DNA of 64,000 bases, from positions 618,537-682,536 of the forward strand of contig CAWFCE010000002.1 of assembly GCA_963814275.1 (NCBI GenBank). Reading direction: 5' to 3'. The position numbers were made by a program, and so were the translations under genes. Shown here one piece after another: positions 27,390 through 38,366 of this stretch. The notes under the pieces are model-generated. The model was given only the letters and a program-made list of their open reading frames with translations, was not told where the DNA came from and did no database searches. This stretch comes from Candidatus Parcubacteria bacterium (GTDB lineage Bacteria > Patescibacteriota > Patescibacteriia > Patescibacteriales > UBA12075). The stretch's first letter is position 1, and every line of letters starts with the position of its first letter.

Positions 27390-28773
27390 CGTAGTTTTAT
27401 TTATCATTGCCGTTATTATTCCCGGTGTTATGCTGGCTGATTTTTTTATTCTTGGCCGGCGGGATAATTTTTGGCTGCGTTTGTTCCTTGGTTACGGGCT
27501 GGGCTGTTTTCTGATTGTACTCGATATGTTCATATGGATCTTCTGGCTAAAGCTGGCATTCCGGCCGGCTTTGTTTTGGTCATTGTGGGCAATCGAAACT
27601 GTCGGATTATATTTCATCATAACCCGGATCCGCCGCCGGCGACCGGCCGATATATTCGGTTTTAATATAACTTTTCGATTAAAAACGGTCGAATGGTTAT
27701 TATTATTCCTGATAATCCTGCAGGTGGTATTTTCATTCGGCCATGCCATTGCCCGTCCGGCTGCCGCCTATGACAGTATCGCGGATTGGTCATACCGGGC
27801 CAAGGTGCTATATTATGACCAGGAGGGCATTTTCGACAAGAACAAGCCTCTTGTATATTTGGGCGGCGGCAGCCGCAATTATCCCTGGCTGGTGCCATTG
27901 CTGGCTTACTGGCTGGCGGCGCAGGGTGGGGGCTATAATGACACGGTTGCCAATATTATTTTTGTAAGTTATTTCGTTTCACTGCTTGGATTTTTTTATT
28001 TTGCCGGCCGTCAATTCGCCCTACGCCCGCTTGCCTTGTTAATGACACTTTTTTTGTCCTCAATGCCGCTTATTTTTTACCATTCATTTAATGCATACGC
28101 CGACCTGGCGTTTGCCTATTACATAATGATTATGTTTTATTGGCTGTACCGGTCGCTGCCAGAAAACAATAAGAAAAATTTGATTTTTGCCGGAATTATT
28201 TTGGGTATAGCCGCATATGTTAAAAATGATTTTTTGCTATTGTACGTTTTGACATTTATTTTTTTGTTTTTTGCGGCAATCTCCAGACCGGTAAAAAATT
28301 CACGGTTGATGTCGGCGCTTAAAAGTGAATTCGTTTTTTCTCTGCCGGTTATTGCCGTGGCATTTCCCTGGCTTTTTTTCAATTTCGTAAACCGTTTGGG
28401 ATTCCGCACCACTCCATTCGCCTTAGGCTGGCACCCGGAAGCGATGTCGAGCATTGTTCGTACCCTGTTTTTGAACAATAACTGGAATATCTGGTGGTAT
28501 CTGGTAATTGCGGTTTCTATTGTCGGCTGGCGGAAAATAATTAAAGATGACAGGCTTCGGCTGATGTGGATATATCTGCTGGCCTATCTGGCCTTGCTTA
28601 CCGGTTTATACTTGTTTACGGAAGATTACCGCTATGCCGTCGATTATACGGCTATCGGCCGCACCTTCTTGCCACTGTTACCAATAAGCGCCATAGTCGC
28701 TTTATTAATAATTAATAAAATTAACTTTTTCGGCGAGTCCTTCCGCAAGAAAAGCGTCGACTATAATTTATGA
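27376..28773 (+). CDS. polytopic membrane protein, GT-C-like (ArnT/PMT-type) glycosyltransferase candidate
   Basis: More than 10 TM segments. A loop after the early TMs (AAAYDSIADWSYRAKVLYYD) resembles GT-C first-loop acidic motifs. Context only, no firm motif match. Confidence 0.45.
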   Translation: MAIFSVVLFIIAVIIPGVMLADFFILGRRDNFWLRLFLGYGLGCFLIVLDMFIWIFWLKLAFRPALFWSLWAIETVGLYFIITRIRRRRPADIFGFNITFRLKTVEWLLLFLIILQVVFSFGHAIARPAAAYDSIADWSYRAKVLYYDQEGIFDKNKPLVYLGGGSRNYPWLVPLLAYWLAAQGGGYNDTVANIIFVSYFVSLLGFFYFAGRQFALRPLALLMTLFLSSMPLIFYHSFNAYADLAFAYYIMIMFYWLYRSLPENNKKNLIFAGIILGIAAYVKNDFLLLYVLTFIFLFFAAISRPVKNSRLMSALKSEFVFSLPVIAVAFPWLFFNFVNRLGFRTTPFALGWHPEAMSSIVRTLFLNNNWNIWWYLVIAVSIVGWRKIIKDDRLRLMWIYLLAYLALLTGLYLFTEDYRYAVDYTAIGRTFLPLLPISAIVALLIINKINFFGESFRKKSVDYNL

Positions 28774-29498
28774 GCGATTTGTCGGAAATCCTATACAAGG
28801 AATTAAAAGAATTTTCCTTAACGAACGAAAAGGAATATATCCGCTTTCATATCAAGCGTTTTTCGGCAATTATCGGGTATTTAGCGAAAGAATTTCCCGG
28901 CCGCGATTGCCGCATATTGGATATCGGTTCATATGGCGGACATCTGTTGATCGGTTTGCGCCAAAAAGGCTACAAGAATTTATGCGGCGCCGACATGCCG
29001 GAAATTAACCGGATTATCCGAAAAAGATTGGAAAAATACGGTTTTGGGCATTACGATATCGATCTACGGAGTTTGCCTTCGGACATACCGGGCAGGTCAT
29101 TTGACCTAATCGTTTTTAGCGAAACCTTGGAACACCTGGACTTCCATCCTTTATACGTATTCAAAGAATTCAGCCGGTTACTGAAACCAGGCGGAAAAAT
29201 TTTGATTACCACCCCGAACCTAACCCGATTGAATAATTGCCTGAAATTATTAGGCGGCCGCAGTATCCATCAGGACTTAGCGCTGCCTTATACCAGCGGC
29301 ACCCATTACCGTGAATATACGGCCGCTGAAGTGGCATATCTTTTGGAACGAACCGGTTTGTCCATCTCCCGAACTAAGTATATCGATTTCCATTACCCCG
29401 ATGAAAATGCGCTGTTGGCGGCGCTGAACAGTGTCGCCGGCAAAATAAGAAAAAGTTGGCTGCCAAATTATATTATTACCGGGGAAAAGATCGGTTGA
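28770..29498 (+). CDS. class I SAM-dependent methyltransferase
   Basis: ILDIGSYGGHL, DLIVFSETLEHL, LKPGGKILITTPN. Confidence 0.8.
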   Translation: MSDLSEILYKELKEFSLTNEKEYIRFHIKRFSAIIGYLAKEFPGRDCRILDIGSYGGHLLIGLRQKGYKNLCGADMPEINRIIRKRLEKYGFGHYDIDLRSLPSDIPGRSFDLIVFSETLEHLDFHPLYVFKEFSRLLKPGGKILITTPNLTRLNNCLKLLGGRSIHQDLALPYTSGTHYREYTAAEVAYLLERTGLSISRTKYIDFHYPDENALLAALNSVAGKIRKSWLPNYIITGEKIG

Positions 29499-29581
29499 CC
29501 CGGCCAATTGTTTGTGTTTTTTATAAATATTAGTAAATGTGGACATCGAAATTAGGTTTAATTGTCTAAAAACAATCAATA

Positions 29582-30448
29582 ATGTTTATGATCGACTATA
29601 TGATAATATTGTTCGCATTCCTTCTCGGCCTGATCATCGGCAGTTTTCTTAATTGTCTGATCTACCGAATGCACGCCCACAAGGATATGGGGGGGCGCTC
29701 TTTTTGCCCGCATTGCCGGCACCAGATCGCCTGGTACGACAATATCCCGCTCCTGAGTTTTGTCATCCTGCGCGGCCATTGCCGCCATTGCCGGAAAAAG
29801 ATCTCCTGGCAATACCCGATCGTCGAACTGATCACCGGATTTTTGTTTGTTTTGGCATATACGAGTGCGGCTGGTATTTGGCCGGAAGCGGCCGTTAATA
29901 TTTTTTCCAATACTTCAATGTTCGGCCTGCGATTTACGATTCCCGATTTACAATTCCCGATTTACGATTCCCGATTTAGCGTTTTGTTGCTTCGAAATTG
30001 GTTTATCGTGGCTGTTATGATAGTTATTTTCATCTATGACTTAAAATGGTACCTGATTCTCGACAAAGTTACGGTACCGGCGATGATCGTCATATTCGGA
30101 CTCAATCTGCTGTTGGGCTATAATTTGTGGAATTTGCTTTTTTCTGGTATAATAGGAGGTAGTTTCTTCCTCTTTCAGTTCCTTGTTTCCCGGGGAAAAT
30201 GGATCGGCGGCGGTGATATCCGACTGGGGGTGCTAATAGGCCTGACCCTGGGCTGGCCGATGGTCCTGGCGGCGATATTCGTTGCCTACCTGATCGGCTC
30301 ATTTGCCGCCCTGGTGTTGGTCATTTTCAGGAAAAAGCGCTGGGGCTCGATGGTCCCGTTGGGCATTTTCCTTTCCACGGCCACTGTAATCATTTTGTTT
30401 TTTGGTGGGAATTTAATCAATTGGTATTTTTCTTTGTTTTATTTATGA
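29582..30448 (+). CDS. pilD: prepilin peptidase / N-methyltransferase PilD (A24 family)
   Basis: GSFLNCLIYRM, CPHCRHQIAWYDNIPLLSFVILRGHCRHCRKKISWQYPIVEL, and the later GGGDIRLG Asp motif region. Confidence 0.93.
   Translation: MFMIDYMIILFAFLLGLIIGSFLNCLIYRMHAHKDMGGRSFCPHCRHQIAWYDNIPLLSFVILRGHCRHCRKKISWQYPIVELITGFLFVLAYTSAAGIWPEAAVNIFSNTSMFGLRFTIPDLQFPIYDSRFSVLLLRNWFIVAVMIVIFIYDLKWYLILDKVTVPAMIVIFGLNLLLGYNLWNLLFSGIIGGSFFLFQFLVSRGKWIGGGDIRLGVLIGLTLGWPMVLAAIFVAYLIGSFAALVLVIFRKKRWGSMVPLGIFLSTATVIILFFGGNLINWYFSLFYL
29931..29978 (+). repeat. 14-bp tandem repeat (3.4 copies) in frame inside pilD
   Basis: Copies gatttacgattccc / gatttacaattccc / gatttacgattccc / gatttag. Encodes ..RFTIPDLQFPIYDSRFS.. 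Confidence 0.9.
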
Positions 30449-33057
30449 AGGGTAATTGCCGTTCACATATACGAATATATCCAACGTTATCGGCTGCTAT
30501 AGTCGTTTTTCTGGTTTGGGGTATATTTTTTAACAGCCATGGCGATTTGCCAGGCAGTGTCAGATTGGCCTGGGCGGCTGACAGATTCATCAGGAGCGAT
30601 TTTAAGGGTTGTTCAGGCGCGAATTGTTCGATCACTAATTTTCAGATCGACGCCAGCGCCGCGGGAAAGCGTCTTCTGATCGTAGAGGTGACGACAAAAC
30701 CGAACGCGAATATCAATTCCATATTAGTTAACGGGGTGGATGTCAGCTTGAGCGTTAATTCCAATGTCTATACCAACCCGGTCCCCGGTGTGGGAACGAT
30801 CGCGATTGCCGAGGTCTTCAATGCCGATTTGCCCTTAGCCAGCAATAATTACACCATCACGGTAAATACCAGTATAAGCTGCAATATCACGATCGGAGCG
30901 ATCCTTTTCGATAATATGAAGCAGGTTGTCGGATTCGGCGATGGCGGGACATCCTGCAGCAGTTGCGGGAATATTTCCCGTTCGGTAGCCGGCCAAGCGC
31001 CCGGTTCCCTGTATGTGGATGCGGCGTTCACCGATTCCGCGATTGCCGGTTTCGGTAATGCTCAGGGCTATAACCCGGTATGGAAAGCCGATTCGGGAAG
31101 CAGTTCAGGCGGCGGCGGATATACGTATGTCGATAAAAGCGGCAATATCACCGGCGGCTATTCATTCGGCGCCACTGTTGCGAATTCCCTGTATTATTCG
31201 GTTGTCCTCCAGCCGTATCCGGAATTGCACGGCGCTGGATTGGAAGTTTATGGCGACTTCCGGGACGATAATGACGGTACGAACAATAGCTTTAGTGATG
31301 GATATTTAAGCTGTAAAACAGAAGGGGATTGCACTTTTGACTACCAGGTAGCGATCAATGATAACCATAACGGCACCGCTAACATTAACGGTTGCGCCGC
31401 CACCAGTATCGGCATTCTATGTTTCGATACTTACGATCGACCACCCCTCCCTCCCTTCTATTCAGCGGAATATAATATCCGGACCGGTACTACTTCCGGC
31501 TGGGCGCGATTTTGTAATATGGCAGATGACCAATTGGATTGCTACCACGGTGATGGCGGCTGGGTGCAAATGTCCGGTGCCGGCTATGGGGTAACCGTGG
31601 CCACGACATCCGGCATGTTTCTGCGCGGCCATGCCTACAACGATTCCGCTTACGGTAATTACGGTTACTTAAGTTTTAATTGTCAGGACGGTTATACCCC
31701 CGCCTTGGCGGATGATAATTATTGCGATACGGATAGCTATAAATCATTGATCGTGCCGAATATACGCGGCTATGCCTGGAGCGGTACGGGCGGCTGGGTC
31801 AGCTTCAATTGCGTTGACGGCGGCAATGGCCAAACCAATGTTTGCGGCGACAGCCCCTACGGCGTGCAATTGGACCAGGTGACGGATATCCTGTCCGGCT
31901 ATGCCTGGAGCAGCAATCTGGGCTGGATCAGTTTCCAGGAGCCGGTGCCGGTTTCTTTGCCTGGCATCGGGAATATGCATACGACAATTTCTTCTAATTG
32001 TGATTCCGCTTGTGTGCCGGCTAACGGCTGTTCGGCTTGCGTCGATCCCGACGATCCCAGCGGCAGAGTTTACGGCTGGGGCAAAGTATTGGCTTTCGGT
32101 GATGACGGCTGGGTGCGCCTGGATGACGACCCAGGCGACGGGCAAAGCTATGGCGTCAGTTTCGATTCCGTAAATAATTATTTCCTGGGGCAAGGCTGGC
32201 AAGGCGCACCAGGCGGTTTTGGCTATATCACCTGGAATTGCGAAACCCTGGGTGTTTGCGGGTCTAATCCCGGCGATTCGCAATTTGCCGTTAAGCTGGA
32301 TGTTTCCGGCAGTTTCGCATCCAATAACCCGCCGGAAGCCTATGATCTGGCCGCTACGATGCAGGGGAGCCAATGTTCTCCCGGCCGGTCGGTGAGAAGC
32401 TGGATATTCAACTGGAAATATAAAGACAGCGACAGTGACCCGGAAGAATTTTATCGTATAATGATCGGAACCGATCCGTCTAATCCTTCGGGGGAAGAGC
32501 TGGACAGTACGGAATGTGAAAATAGCGATTACCCGAGCGGTGGTTGTAAAATTACAATTCCATCCAGCGGCGTCGACCATAATTATCCGTTTACTTTCAG
32601 CAATTCCAGTTATGGCAGGACTTTTTATTACTGGGTCCAGGTCGGAGACGACCAGGGCAGCCCATCAGCCTGGGTCAAAGGAACGAATCCGCCATCAATA
32701 TCCATACCGGCGAATGAGTTTCCGGATGTTTATTTCACCTGGATCCCGAAGAATTTCAGTATAAACGAAGAGGTCAGCTTTACGAGCGAAGCATTGACGC
32801 AATATTACACAGGTGACACTGCGAGTAAATGTTCCGACCATCCCGGAACTTGCATGTATAATTGGACTACGGATGGCACCCCGGATATCGATATAATATC
32901 CCCGAGCAGCGCTTCAACGACCGTAATTGTCACCAAGCAGCTAACCGGTAAATCGATATTTTTGCAAGTGACTGAACCGGGCGGACAGTTTTGTTCTACC
33001 TCGACATCAGCATTTGCACCGAAAGTCCCCCTGCCCAGCTGGATCGAAATTAACTAA
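30445..33057 (+). CDS. large secreted/anchored repeat protein at the PilY1-equivalent position (candidate pilus tip adhesin)
   Basis: Start ATG 30445 overlaps the pilD stop (ATGA). N-terminal anchor. At least 5 copies of a G-[YW]-A-W-S..G-W-[IV]-S-F-type unit (GYAWSGTGGWVSFNC, GYAWSSNLGWISFQE, YGYLSFNC, GFGYITWNC, SGWARFCN). FN3/PKD-like C-terminal modules. Confidence 0.75.
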   Translation: MKGNCRSHIRIYPTLSAAIVVFLVWGIFFNSHGDLPGSVRLAWAADRFIRSDFKGCSGANCSITNFQIDASAAGKRLLIVEVTTKPNANINSILVNGVDVSLSVNSNVYTNPVPGVGTIAIAEVFNADLPLASNNYTITVNTSISCNITIGAILFDNMKQVVGFGDGGTSCSSCGNISRSVAGQAPGSLYVDAAFTDSAIAGFGNAQGYNPVWKADSGSSSGGGGYTYVDKSGNITGGYSFGATVANSLYYSVVLQPYPELHGAGLEVYGDFRDDNDGTNNSFSDGYLSCKTEGDCTFDYQVAINDNHNGTANINGCAATSIGILCFDTYDRPPLPPFYSAEYNIRTGTTSGWARFCNMADDQLDCYHGDGGWVQMSGAGYGVTVATTSGMFLRGHAYNDSAYGNYGYLSFNCQDGYTPALADDNYCDTDSYKSLIVPNIRGYAWSGTGGWVSFNCVDGGNGQTNVCGDSPYGVQLDQVTDILSGYAWSSNLGWISFQEPVPVSLPGIGNMHTTISSNCDSACVPANGCSACVDPDDPSGRVYGWGKVLAFGDDGWVRLDDDPGDGQSYGVSFDSVNNYFLGQGWQGAPGGFGYITWNCETLGVCGSNPGDSQFAVKLDVSGSFASNNPPEAYDLAATMQGSQCSPGRSVRSWIFNWKYKDSDSDPEEFYRIMIGTDPSNPSGEELDSTECENSDYPSGGCKITIPSSGVDHNYPFTFSNSSYGRTFYYWVQVGDDQGSPSAWVKGTNPPSISIPANEFPDVYFTWIPKNFSINEEVSFTSEALTQYYTGDTASKCSDHPGTCMYNWTTDGTPDIDIISPSSASTTVIVTKQLTGKSIFLQVTEPGGQFCSTSTSAFAPKVPLPSWIEIN

Positions 33058-33332
33058 AGCGATTTCGCGGATTGTTTATAATTATTCCATACGGCTTTTG
33101 TTATGTCAGATAATTATCTTGCGGCCGCTGATCTGTCGCTGATTGTTACGCTGAGAAGACGCTGAAACAGGATTCAGCGACTGATCAGTGCAGTCATCCG
33201 CGCCAAATCAGCGGTAAGGAGGTTGGTAATCAAGGCAAGGCTGATGGCTGGTAAAACCGTTTATTGAGCATTAAATATTTTCAAAACTATAAAGCGTGGT
33301 TCTGCCACGCTGATTTAAAATTAGCGGTCCCC

Positions 33333-33968
33333 ATGGAACTGAGCAAAAAAACCAAGAACATCTCCGGCTTTACCCTGATAGAAGTTTTGGCCAGCGTTTC
33401 CATTCTGGTGGTTTTGTCGACTTTGGTCGTGGCTAATATCCACGGCGCCAACCAGCGGGTCAAGCTCGACGCGGCCGCTTTGAAACTGGTGTCCGATCTG
33501 CGCCTGGTCCAGGACTATTCCCTGGGGCTGAGAAAATACGGGGTAAGTGATGATTATCCTTCCGGAGGATGGGGGGTGCGGTTTACCAAAGCCAATAATG
33601 CCGCCCAACAAGCCCTGAATACCGAGTATAGGATTTTTGCCGATCGTGATAATACGGCCAAATACCGTCCCAGTCTGGACGGCAATATTTCGACCAAAGA
33701 ACTGGATTCGATCGTTTCGCTGCCGGCCGGGGTGACGATAAGCGCCTTGGAGGTGAACGGGACTACAAATAAAAATTATTTGTACATCGTATTCTACCCT
33801 CCTGACCCGATGGTTTATATGAATCTGGCGAACAACGAAAATACCAACGCGCTTAATTTCGCGGTTGGCGCGGGCACAGAGGGAAGCGTAACCTTAAGTT
33901 TGGCGGGAACGAGCCTTACCAAAACGATTTATTTCAATCGTTTCGGCCTAATCGGTATATTGAATTGA
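33333..33968 (+). CDS. minor pilin, GspH/FimT-like
   Basis: Start moved to ATG 33333: MELSKKTKNISG|FTLIEVLASVSILVVL. Followed by RVKLDAAALKLVSDLRLVQDYS. Confidence 0.7.
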   Translation: MELSKKTKNISGFTLIEVLASVSILVVLSTLVVANIHGANQRVKLDAAALKLVSDLRLVQDYSLGLRKYGVSDDYPSGGWGVRFTKANNAAQQALNTEYRIFADRDNTAKYRPSLDGNISTKELDSIVSLPAGVTISALEVNGTTNKNYLYIVFYPPDPMVYMNLANNENTNALNFAVGAGTEGSVTLSLAGTSLTKTIYFNRFGLIGILN

Positions 33969-34483
33969 ATATGGACTTACATAACGGACAATCGGGTTTC
34001 TCCATGATCGAACTGGTGGCGGTCATCGGTATCGTCACGGTCGGGATGATCGGCTTATTGTCGCTGGTGATAGTCAATCTCCAGGCCCAGGACAGCAACA
34101 AGGGTTATCTGGTCGCTTCCATGCTGGCCCAGGAAGGTTTGGAATTGGTGCGCAACAAACGCGACTTGAACTGGCTCGAACAAACCGACCCGTGGTATAG
34201 CGGACTGGACGGTTCGTATACGATCGAATTCAATTACGGCAGCGACAATTACACGATCACCCCCATTACGGGAGGTTTCAGCGATGGCAATACCAAATTA
34301 TATGTTGATGGCCAGGGTTTTTATACACACTTGAGCGCCGGCAACACCGATACGAGGTTCCGCAGCATGGTCAATGCGTCCATATCCGGCGATAGCCTAA
34401 TGGCATCTTCAACCGTCACTTGGCCCGGCCGCCACGGGACGCTCAAATACCAGGCGGATACGGTGCTGTATGATTGGCGCTAG
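33965..34483 (+). CDS. minor pilin, PilV-like
   Basis: MNMDLHNGQSG|FSMIELVAVIGIVTVGMIGLLSL. Overlaps the previous stop. Confidence 0.7.
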   Translation: MNMDLHNGQSGFSMIELVAVIGIVTVGMIGLLSLVIVNLQAQDSNKGYLVASMLAQEGLELVRNKRDLNWLEQTDPWYSGLDGSYTIEFNYGSDNYTITPITGGFSDGNTKLYVDGQGFYTHLSAGNTDTRFRSMVNASISGDSLMASSTVTWPGRHGTLKYQADTVLYDWR

Positions 34484-34496
34484 GCGACTGTAGCAC

Positions 34497-34683
34497 GGGA
34501 ACACCGGAGCACAAGAACACCGGAACATCGGAACAAAAAACATTTATACTTTGTTTTAACAAAGATTGATTCTCTGGTAATAGTATGCGTATACTTAACT
34601 TTTAAACACCCATTGTTTACTTGCTTTTTGTTCTCGTGCTCTAGTGTTTCCGTGTTCCGTTGTTCGCGTGCTCCGGTGTTCCC
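34497..34683. repeat. 187-bp hairpin/MITE-like element with 16-bp perfect terminal inverted repeats
   Basis: gggaacaccggagcac at 34497-34512; its exact reverse complement gtgctccggtgttccc at 34668-34683. The arms continue imperfectly with ggaaca/gagcac words. AT-rich core. Confidence 0.7.
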
Positions 34684-34725
34684 ATACTAAAGCGTTCAAG
34701 CGTTATTAACATAAATTCCACTATC

Positions 34726-35322
34726 GTGAAATTACTAAGAAATAAAATATATAGCGCAAGCGGCTATTCCCTGATGGAAGTAGTGGTGGCGGTCGGAGTC
34801 TTCGGTATCATCATGTCGATGGTGATGGGGATGTATTCATCAGTGATAGAGGGCCAGCGGCATGCGGTGAGCGCGCAGATGGGCCAGGAGAGCATGCGCT
34901 ACGCGATGGAATTGATGAGCAAAGAGCTTCGCCAGGCCGTAAGAAGCGATGGCGAATGCGCCCAGTCGGGCATGCCTTTCGAATTCGCTCCGTCAGTTTT
35001 TGTAAACCGTAATTTCAACGCCTCTTCAACCGATGAAAAAATATATTTCAGGAATAAGCATAAAATTTGCGTTTCTTATTATCTGAAAAATAATGTCCTG
35101 ATGCGCAGGGCCAGCACCACAGAAATGGCGATTACGCCGGATGATGTTAAAATAAGCGGACTTAAATTTCTGATCAGGGATAATATTATCAATGTCAATC
35201 CCGGTGACCGGATCCAGCCGCATGTAACCGTGGCCATGAAAGTCGAAACAGTATCCAGCCGCGAGCAGTATCGCCAGCCGTTCTATATCCAGACCACCAT
35301 ATCGTCGCGGTTTTACCAATAA
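34726..35322 (+). CDS. minor pilin, PilW-like
   Basis: Probable GTG start 34726: VKLLRNKIYSASG|YSLMEVVVAVGVFGII. The track start 34660 lies inside the inverted-repeat arm. Confidence 0.6.
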   Translation: MKLLRNKIYSASGYSLMEVVVAVGVFGIIMSMVMGMYSSVIEGQRHAVSAQMGQESMRYAMELMSKELRQAVRSDGECAQSGMPFEFAPSVFVNRNFNASSTDEKIYFRNKHKICVSYYLKNNVLMRRASTTEMAITPDDVKISGLKFLIRDNIINVNPGDRIQPHVTVAMKVETVSSREQYRQPFYIQTTISSRFYQ

Positions 35323-35451
35323 ATTTAGGCGAATGTACGGATTTTAACACAAATTGCAAATTACGAATTTACAATTCAAGCGATCATTTGTAATTTGTAT
35401 ATTTGTAAAGGATTTGTGCATTCGCGTAAAATTAATGTTAAATATATTCAA

Positions 35452-35949
35452 ATGTTTAATTTAACTAAACTGATCAGAAATAACAGAGGGAGTACGGCGA
35501 TGTTTTTGGCGATATTGGTATTGGCTGCCATGCTGGTGGTAGTTATTTCCGCCAATGATATTGTGTTAAACGGACTCAAAATGACCAAAGAGCGCTACGA
35601 TTCGACCAAGGCGTATTTCGCCGCCGAAGCGGGTGCCGAACGTATTTTATGGGAGATCAGGAAAAATGGCATTGATCCGGGTGATGGCGCTTCACCGACA
35701 CCAAGCGGTGTTTGCCCGTCAATTGACGCAGAATTTTGCTTTGCCGCAAATGGTGATTTGGGCAGCCCTTCTTGCGTCGTTAATGCCGAACCTACGAATT
35801 GCGCAATAAATAAAATACAATTATCAAATGGCGCCGAATACAATATAACTTATGATTATGTTAATGGAGTCCCGGCTGTCAGGACATTCAAAGTTTTAGG
35901 GACAATCGGTAATGTGGCCCGGAAAATTCAATTACGATACGCGTATTGA
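35452..35949 (+). CDS. PilX/GspK-like minor pilus protein
   Basis: Start moved to ATG 35452: MFNLTKLIRNNRGSTAMFLAILVLAAMLVVV. Followed by AYFAAEAGAERILWEI. Confidence 0.5.
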   Translation: MFNLTKLIRNNRGSTAMFLAILVLAAMLVVVISANDIVLNGLKMTKERYDSTKAYFAAEAGAERILWEIRKNGIDPGDGASPTPSGVCPSIDAEFCFAANGDLGSPSCVVNAEPTNCAINKIQLSNGAEYNITYDYVNGVPAVRTFKVLGTIGNVARKIQLRYAY

Positions 35950-35952
35950 TAA

Positions 35953-38103
<2,151 letters not shown>

Positions 38104-38153
38104 TACCGGACTGTTACCGAGATTTCGGGATTTGATAGTCTTGAATTTTTAAA

Positions 38154-38345
38154 CTGTCATTGCGAGCGACAGAAAGATAATTTATATATAATAGACTTTG
38201 ATAAAGTTTAAGAAATTTTATTCCACTGACGGGAAGTCGCGAAGCAATCCCGCGCCACAAAACATAAAACGTGAAATATATTATTATGATAATGACGTCT
38301 CTCTCGCGCCTCGGGATTGCTTCGTCGCTACGCTCCTCGCAATGA
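38154..38345. repeat. nested palindromic intergenic element (cattgcgag / gaagcaatccc type)
   Basis: gtcattgcgag (38156-38166) pairs with ctcgcaatgac (38335-38345). Inner pair cgaagcaatcccg / cgggattgcttcg. Its translation gives the CHCEERSDEAI-type spurious ORF 38114..38404. Confidence 0.65.
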
Positions 38346-38366
38346 CAATATAAATCCGCACAAAAT

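Noticed and set aside
31744-32580. 278-aa minus-strand ORF inside the 878-aa repeat protein gene
   Set aside because: It is an antisense shadow with Arg/Ala/Ile-rich composition and no start context. The plus-strand frame has the signal anchor, the repeats and operon coupling.
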